DNA from: Oopsacas minuta | Taxonomy: Eukaryota; Animalia; Porifera | DNA: 64,000 bases | Reading direction: 5' to 3' | Assembly: GCA_024704765.1 (NCBI GenBank) | Contig: JAKMXF010000144.1 | Coordinates: forward strand, 682,001-746,000 | Shown: piece by piece, positions 57,901-64,000 of the stretch | How positions within the stretch are numbered: position 1 is the first letter of the stretch | Layout: each line of letters begins with the position of its first letter | Position numbers and translations under genes: made by a program | The notes under the pieces: model-generated | Told to the model about the DNA's origin: nothing | Database searches by the model: none | The model's input: only the letters and a program-made list of their open reading frames with translations

Positions 57901-60900
57901 AACATTTAGACTCTATCAATATTTTGATGGAGAAATTGAGTAGAGAGTCTAACTTGATTGATTTAGAGGGAGTTAAGATTTCAGATTTAATTCATGTGTC
58001 GAGAGAAAATTTGTTTATTCTCCCTTCTGCATTTAACTCAGAACAGATGAATAGGCCAGGTGCAAAGCTTTTCGATTCAGAAGTGATAAAATTATCTCCA
58101 ACTATTACTTTTGCTAATAAATGTGCGGAATTACGACTTGCGATCATTGACCAACTGGATAATATGCCAATAGATGATAGAACACCTTTCCAAACCATGA
58201 GCGAGTGGATGGATATGTCAGGGACCATTTGGGACACTATTATCAAATATCAAGATATTGTTAAGTACAGAAACGTTGAAGAAATGATATGTTGTAATCT
58301 ACTAAGGGAAATATTGTCTGAATTAATGGGGGAGCACATTTATTGTCACAAACAGGAATTTCTTGCGATTATAGAACAATTGTCAATTGAAATTCAAAAA
58401 ATAGAAATTTTAGGTGATGCTGAAAGCTTACTTTATAAATTTATGCTCAAATTCGATGAAACCTTCTTTCCACGTCAAGAGGCTTGTTTCAGAGCATTTA
58501 CCACTCGATGTCAAAATTCCAAAAAGCTAAAGAAGATGGATATTATTTGTGATGAATCTAAGTCCAATTTATCTCGACTGATTTATATGGAGAAGAAAAT
58601 CTATGAAGATAAACTCAAATTCCAAATTAAAGCGGTTTTGATTGAAATCATGTTGTCAGAGGGTATGAAGAGGTTTCAAGAAGCAATTACCATTAATGTT
58701 GATAAATATGTGGAATTAAAAGTTGAAGAACAGATCAGTGCTTTTGAAGAAACTTGGATAAAATGCTTTGGAAGAGATGACCAGAAAGAAGAAATGATTG
58801 AGCGTGATGATAGCTTCAATAATTTATATTCTCTATTTATGATGGAGTCCAAAACAATGGAGAACAAACAGGCTATCTCTGAAACGTTCAATGATTCCAA
58901 TTTCCAGATGGATACAGTTATTTCTTCTCTTAAGTCACTTATATTGGCTAGATTCATTAACGATCCTGATTCCTTTGAGGGGACTGAGCAGTTCATTTAT
59001 TCATGCAATGAAAGTAATTTTTCAATCAAAAACATGACACCATATATTGGGAAACGTAATTATGAGTATTTATCTCCAGATTCTCTATTTACGGTCGATA
59101 AACAATGGCGGTTCTCTCCACGAAAAATAACTTTGTCAAACTGGGTTCCAAAACAATGTAAATCTCTTGTAAAGTATTGTTCAGGTTATTATAGCCAACC
59201 AGATATAGTTTGGAAAGGACTGGACAGAGTGCGACAAATTCTATTGTTAGCATCTAGCTTAATTGCTCCAGGTAGTATTACTGAGGAATGTAACAGCTCA
59301 TGGCAACTATTAATAGACAACATTTCCAAAAGCATTAAAACTTTCACTGATAATGATCCAAATATTTCGCCCGGGACTGTGAAAGAGATGGTTAATTATC
59401 TCTGTTTCCTGTTTAAATTCGTTAACTATGAAATAAACTTCATTCAAGCAAAACTAACGAATGTGGCTGAGAGGACCATTACAACTTTAGTATTCGCTTT
59501 TGCGTTCGAATCTCTATGGAAAATCAAATTACAGAAACGATCAGAACAAAAAGCTAAAACTGAAGTCAAGAAAGATAATTTTCGCCAATACTTTCTGCAA
59601 AAAATCGAAAATCGCAAAATTATCCGCGAAAACTGGAATCGTGAGAAGATGAAAGAAAGTGATTGTAAAATTTCAGCAAAATTTGCTCAAGATTTTTTGG
59701 AAAGTGTTAAGAGAGGAGTATTAACCGCAGAACAGCTGGAGATTGAAAACTACTTCAATAATAAGAAAGAAATTTTCTCGCACGCAGGCTTACTCTTAAC
59801 TGCGAATTGTATGTTAATGACTGAACTCGAAAAGGACCCTGAAAGCGAAGTTTCCGATCAGGATAATTTTGTTATTAAGTATATCTGTAATCGGAATGAT
59901 GAACTCAAGAAGATATTCGCAGACAAATGGGCCAAAGTTCAAGATGAGTATTATCTATGTATACTTAGAGAGATTAGAAAGAAGTTATCAGAAAACATAG
60001 AATCATTCAAACAGGTCCTTATCGCATTACTGGATAGTCTCAAACAATCTTCCAACTCATCAAGGAATTCAGAATATCAAGCATTCGATTCTGACAGTAA
60101 CTTTGAGATTGCTGACATTGAAGCATGTAAAGAAATTGATTTTGAAAAGAAAAGAGAGACTCCATTCAAAGCAATGCTTATGTATTTGCATAAGTATCTC
60201 AACCCACAAGTTACTCCTGGACAATTTCAAGATGTTTTTAAGCAAAACAATATCTTTGAAGTAGATGGGTAAACATTAAAATTTCTGATACATACATGTT
60301 ATGCACTAAACCGATTTATCCGAAATTCATTCTTGATGAAGAAACCTTTAAAAAGTTGGAATTTACAAACATGTTCACGTCTGAGAATATTTTCAATATC
60401 TATCAGTACGTCACTGAATTTCTGTCTGTTTTAAATACCGATATTGCTGAATTGACAAGAGAAGAATTTGCAGAAATGGTTCAGCCAATAAAAGAACAAT
60501 TCGAGAAAGATTCTATTGGTTGCCCCAATCAGTGTCCTAGTTGTGGAAAGCTCTGTGAGAGAGAACTGCATCCAAATAACGGTAAATGTATGATTAAAAC
60601 TGGACACCAGATCTGTTCAATGGGTGGTAAGGTTTGGAATTACGATGAAAATAATAGTGCTGTTTTATTCATGTGTGACGATTTCAGAGATAATACCACC
60701 ATTGTTCTGCAAGGGCGTACCAGAATTTGGAAACAATTTAAACATTTTTCCGCGTTTGAATGGGATTGGCATCTGCCAAAAGATCACAAAAACTTAGCTT
60801 TACAATATACTAATCGCGAAAAAATGAAAAATATTTGGAACAAATTCGGGAGAGGAATCCTGGAATATTACTCGGTCAGAGGGACAGCTATTACATTTGT

Positions 60901-61594
60901 ACCATACACTTCATCTTATGACGTATACCAAATTCTTCAAGTTAAATATTACATTTGTTTCGTCATCGATGGGACAATGTCTATGCTCACAGAACTCAAG
61001 AGAGTTCGTAATTCTGTTGGACAGTTCATTAAGATGTATAAAGAACATGGGAGTGTACCGCATTTTAAAGTAATAATCTATCGTGATCACTGTGACAAAG
61101 TTCTATTGGAAAAGTTTCCAAATGACAATAAATTCACGTCAGATTTTGCTAGTATTCAGGAATTTCTTCTTTCAGTTGAAGCATACGGTGGGTTAGATTT
61201 CCCAGAGGCAGCATTGGATGGACTAGCAACCGCAGCAACTGAATGCGAATGGAAGACTACAATTGGTGTTAAGAACATCATTATTCACATTTTTGACGCA
61301 CCCCCACACGGGGATTTTCCAAACCCTACTGTACATGATCTTAGGAGTAATAAAGCGCATTGTTGCTGTTGTAATCATGGTACAATTTGTCCGTTTGATT
61401 GGCAAACTCATGTCTGGGATAATATTGAAATAAATCAAATTGAATATCATGGAATAAATACAGGCAAAAGAAATCCTTCTTTCGAAGCTACGATGAAGGA
61501 GAAATTGGGAGATCTGTGTGGTGAATTCCAGACGGTAGGAAAGGAAGTGGTTAACGATGCGATATTAAAATTTTTTATTGATCATCAAAATTAA
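54912..61594 (+). CDS. Giant VLIG/GVIN-like GTPase with N-terminal HTH-like motifs and C-terminal Cys-rich + vWA domains; split into 4 ORFs by 3 frameshifts
   Basis: G1 GPQSSGKS, G2 GRCTRG, G3 LDTEG, DRTMVLF; CPNQCPSCGKLC; vWA FVIDGTMSM...RDHCD...EAALDGL...FDAPPHG; ORFs 54912-55595, 55646-56824, 56781-60272, 60296-61594 join by single-base shifts. Confidence 0.75.
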
Positions 61595-61989
61595 TTATAA
61601 TTTTCTTATTTTATAATTCTTTTAGGATTTAGGCTATTTATTATTTGGTTTTTCAAAGATTTCCAGAGGTACTTACCTTGTGGGTGAACTACCAAATCTG
61701 TATATTTCCCTGTAAATATTATATATTGATATTTTGTATATTGAAGTTAATGAGTGTAATTACGTATTAATCAATAAGATAATTTGCATGAATATCTGCT
61801 GAATAGAATTATTGATATATTATAGCAGGGGCAGCCTGAGTGTTGGGTTAGGTAGGGCCTGTGCCCCGTCTGAAATTGAGCGGAGTAGACTGTATCTGAT
61901 AGAATTGAGATATACAATAATCTAATACAGTCTTACTTGTTATTTAAGTAAGTATTACACAAAACTTTATTATCATTGTCTCACAATGC

Positions 61990-62395
61990 CTAACACGTGT
62001 GTATTGGATCTATGATTGTGAATAACATTCTTGCAGGTGTAGACAGGCGAGTACTGCATATTACTATTCTATGATTCTTCTTGTTCAAAGCTCCACAAAT
62101 GTCTGTTAGACTTTTAATTTCCTTCCCTGTAACTCCACCCATCATAAACACTATCACAACATTGTTAGAGGAAGGTTTTCTTTCGAAGCTTTGAGCTTTT
62201 CCCATATAATATCCCAAACTTGACATGAGACCCTCTCCAAAGCTAATCGGGTGATATTCTAGTTCTTCTATTTTAGCATTAGACAGCAGTAGAGTAGATA
62301 GGATGTCTCTTATCAAAGGTTCTCTGACTGCCAAAGATCTGCTGGTACTTTGTGAAGAGAATTTCAGTGGTGGCCATTGTAACTGACAAAGATCT
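61990..62395 (-). CDS. SCFD2: Sec1/Munc18-family SCFD2-like C-terminal exon
   Basis: EPLIRDIL...VVIVFMMGGVTGKEIKSL...IVICSTRLSTP resembles the SCFD2 C-terminus LILFVVGGVTVSEV...VIVLSTRLLKP; minus-strand acceptor TATATTTAG at ~62396; no start codon. Confidence 0.62.
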
Positions 62396-62631
62396 CTAAA
62401 TATACGATTGTGAGAAATATCTAAATACGTACTTATTTAAAAAATTTTTATCTTTCTATTTACGTATGGTACGTATTTATGAATACATGCAGCCGTGCAT
62501 GATATTATATCCGCAAGTATGTATTGTCTCAACTAGAGAAATATACGTATAGTAATTGTGTATACAGAATTTTTCTTTATTATTCTAAACATTGTAAAAG
62601 TCATACGTTATCAATTGACCTTTATAGTGAG

Positions 62632-63456
62632 ATGGCTAGTATATTACCAGGTAAGAAGATAGCACTAGTGACTGGGGGAGGAAGTGGTATAGGCAGAACT
62701 ACTGCTGTCAAGTTCTCTATAAACGGATACAATGTGATAGTAGCAGACATTGATAAGAAATCAGCTGATCAGACTGTAGAATTATTGAAAACAGAAGGAT
62801 TAGCTGTTGAGGTTGATGTCACAATTGAATCTCAGGTGGAGGCAATGGTGAAAGCAGGTGTGGATAGGTTTGGTAGAATTGATGCCTGTTATAATAATGC
62901 AGGAATAGCTAGCCCAAGAACTAGGGTTCCTAATGTAAAGAGCGAAGATTTCTCCAGAGTAATGGATGTGAATGTGAAAGGAGTATTTCTATGCATGAAG
63001 TATGAAATACAACAATTTCTACAACAAGAACCGTTAGAAATAGAGTTAGATAATAGTGTAGTAGATCCTAACGTTAGTGAGGCTTTACTAGCTAAATCAG
63101 CTCCTAAGCCAGTTAGAGGATATATTGTTAATATGAGTAGTATCTTAGGTGAAATTCCACTACCGGGATCTTCCCCTTATGTAGCATCTAAATGGGCAGT
63201 TATAGGTTTAAGCAAGACAGCAGCTAGTGAGTATGCAAATGATGGTATTCTGATAAACTGCATTTGTCCTAGTTTTTCTGCTAGTATACTGGTTGATAAA
63301 CTTAGTGAGAATATGAAGGAGAAACTAATTGCCCGAACTAGTTCGGGTAGGTTTGGAACTCAAGCTGAGATAGCAGAGACAGTTCTCTGGTTGTGTTCTG
63401 GTAAATGTACGTATATGGTTGGAGAGGCCATTACTATTAGTGGAGGTTTTGTTTAA
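62632..63456 (+). CDS. Classical short-chain dehydrogenase/reductase, copy B
   Basis: Same 825-nt length and motifs as copy A (TGGGSGIG, NNAG, YVASK); ATG at 62632. Confidence 0.9.
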   Translation: MASILPGKKIALVTGGGSGIGRTTAVKFSINGYNVIVADIDKKSADQTVELLKTEGLAVEVDVTIESQVEAMVKAGVDRFGRIDACYNNAGIASPRTRVPNVKSEDFSRVMDVNVKGVFLCMKYEIQQFLQQEPLEIELDNSVVDPNVSEALLAKSAPKPVRGYIVNMSSILGEIPLPGSSPYVASKWAVIGLSKTAASEYANDGILINCICPSFSASILVDKLSENMKEKLIARTSSGRFGTQAEIAETVLWLCSGKCTYMVGEAITISGGFV

Positions 63457-64000
63457 TATATATTATGAATTATTTTAATTGATAATTCTTAGTATACTAG
63501 TGAGTACCTTGTATTTATGTTCCATAACTTGTATTATACTAAACCATATACAATGGTGTCCGCCTATTATTACTATTCGCCTAATAGGAAGGTTTTTCAG
63601 GGATTAAGAGTCCATTTTGTATTGGTAATAATTCCTCTAATAGCAAGGAAAATTCGTGTAGATACGATTAGCTAATTGGTAAAGTCCCCTGTATGTGTGA
63701 GTGTAAACACATATTTATCATATGATAAAAATATTTTCACACCTTTGAGTCAATTAATTTGCAAATTTTCCAGAGATTATAATTCAGCTGCTAATTACCT
63801 TAAAAGTAACACTCTATGAAATTACCGGATGTTTTGAAAATAGCGTTAATCTCCTATAAAGTGGTAGTGAACAACTAATAGGGATGTATATTTGGATTCA
63901 GACACTTTCAACTCTATAAATCTCTAACACAATTATTTCTATACATTTACAATCCTTTGGTGAAATTGATTATTTATTATTAGTCAAATACTATTGTCTC

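Noticed and set aside
516-61450. Remaining short ORF-track entries (60-165 aa, mostly antisense to called genes)
   Set aside because: They overlap well-supported genes on the other strand or frame and have no recognisable motifs.
42059-63456. Fatty-acid/CoA biosynthetic gene cluster (OXSM, PANK, two SDRs)
   Set aside because: The genes are separated by unrelated ones and are ordinary housekeeping families; nothing supports co-function beyond proximity.
1-64000. CRISPR arrays, rRNA/tRNA genes, U12-type introns, prokaryotic defence islands
   Set aside because: No repeat-spacer arrays, cloverleaf or rRNA-like segments, or RTATCCTT donors were seen at the inferred introns; the content is eukaryotic.

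Overview
AT-rich, gene-dense, intron-poor animal genomic DNA in the standard code; no prokaryotic features, rRNA, tRNA or CRISPR seen. The gene style (PBX, TFAP4, GRAMD4, CRYM, expanded RING-less coiled-coil+NHL genes, very few introns) suggests a compact sponge genome, probably a glass sponge (inference). About 31 genes or gene remnants are supported: FUBP, ATG13, SNRNP25, PBX, 2x TOP3A, Claspin, OvoA, 2x ceramide synthase, CFAP299, TFAP4, SMIM15, GRAMD4, COX20, eIF2A, a caspase pseudogene, CRYM, MTG2, 3x NHL, OXSM, C2orf68, PANK, MRPL1, UBE2I, 2x SDR, a giant VLIG-like GTPase and an SCFD2 terminal exon, plus many MITEs. Main observations: (1) two head-to-head TOP3A genes form a near-perfect 1,860-bp-arm palindrome but carry different GRF zinc-finger tails (4 vs 7 fingers); (2) both, plus PBX, sit inside one 10.8-kb intron of SNRNP25, and MTG2 sits on the same strand inside a GC-AG intron of CRYM; (3) 27 of 31 genes are on the + strand and many have an unpaired splice-acceptor-like AG 0-6 nt before the ATG, suggesting operon-like transcription with spliced-leader trans-splicing; (4) four ORFs join at homopolymer frameshifts into one ~2,230-aa HTH-VLIG GTPase-Cys-vWA protein; (5) duplicate pairs (TOP3A, CERS, SDR) show mosaic gene-conversion-like identity. 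Protein family calls come from motif recall, not database searches.
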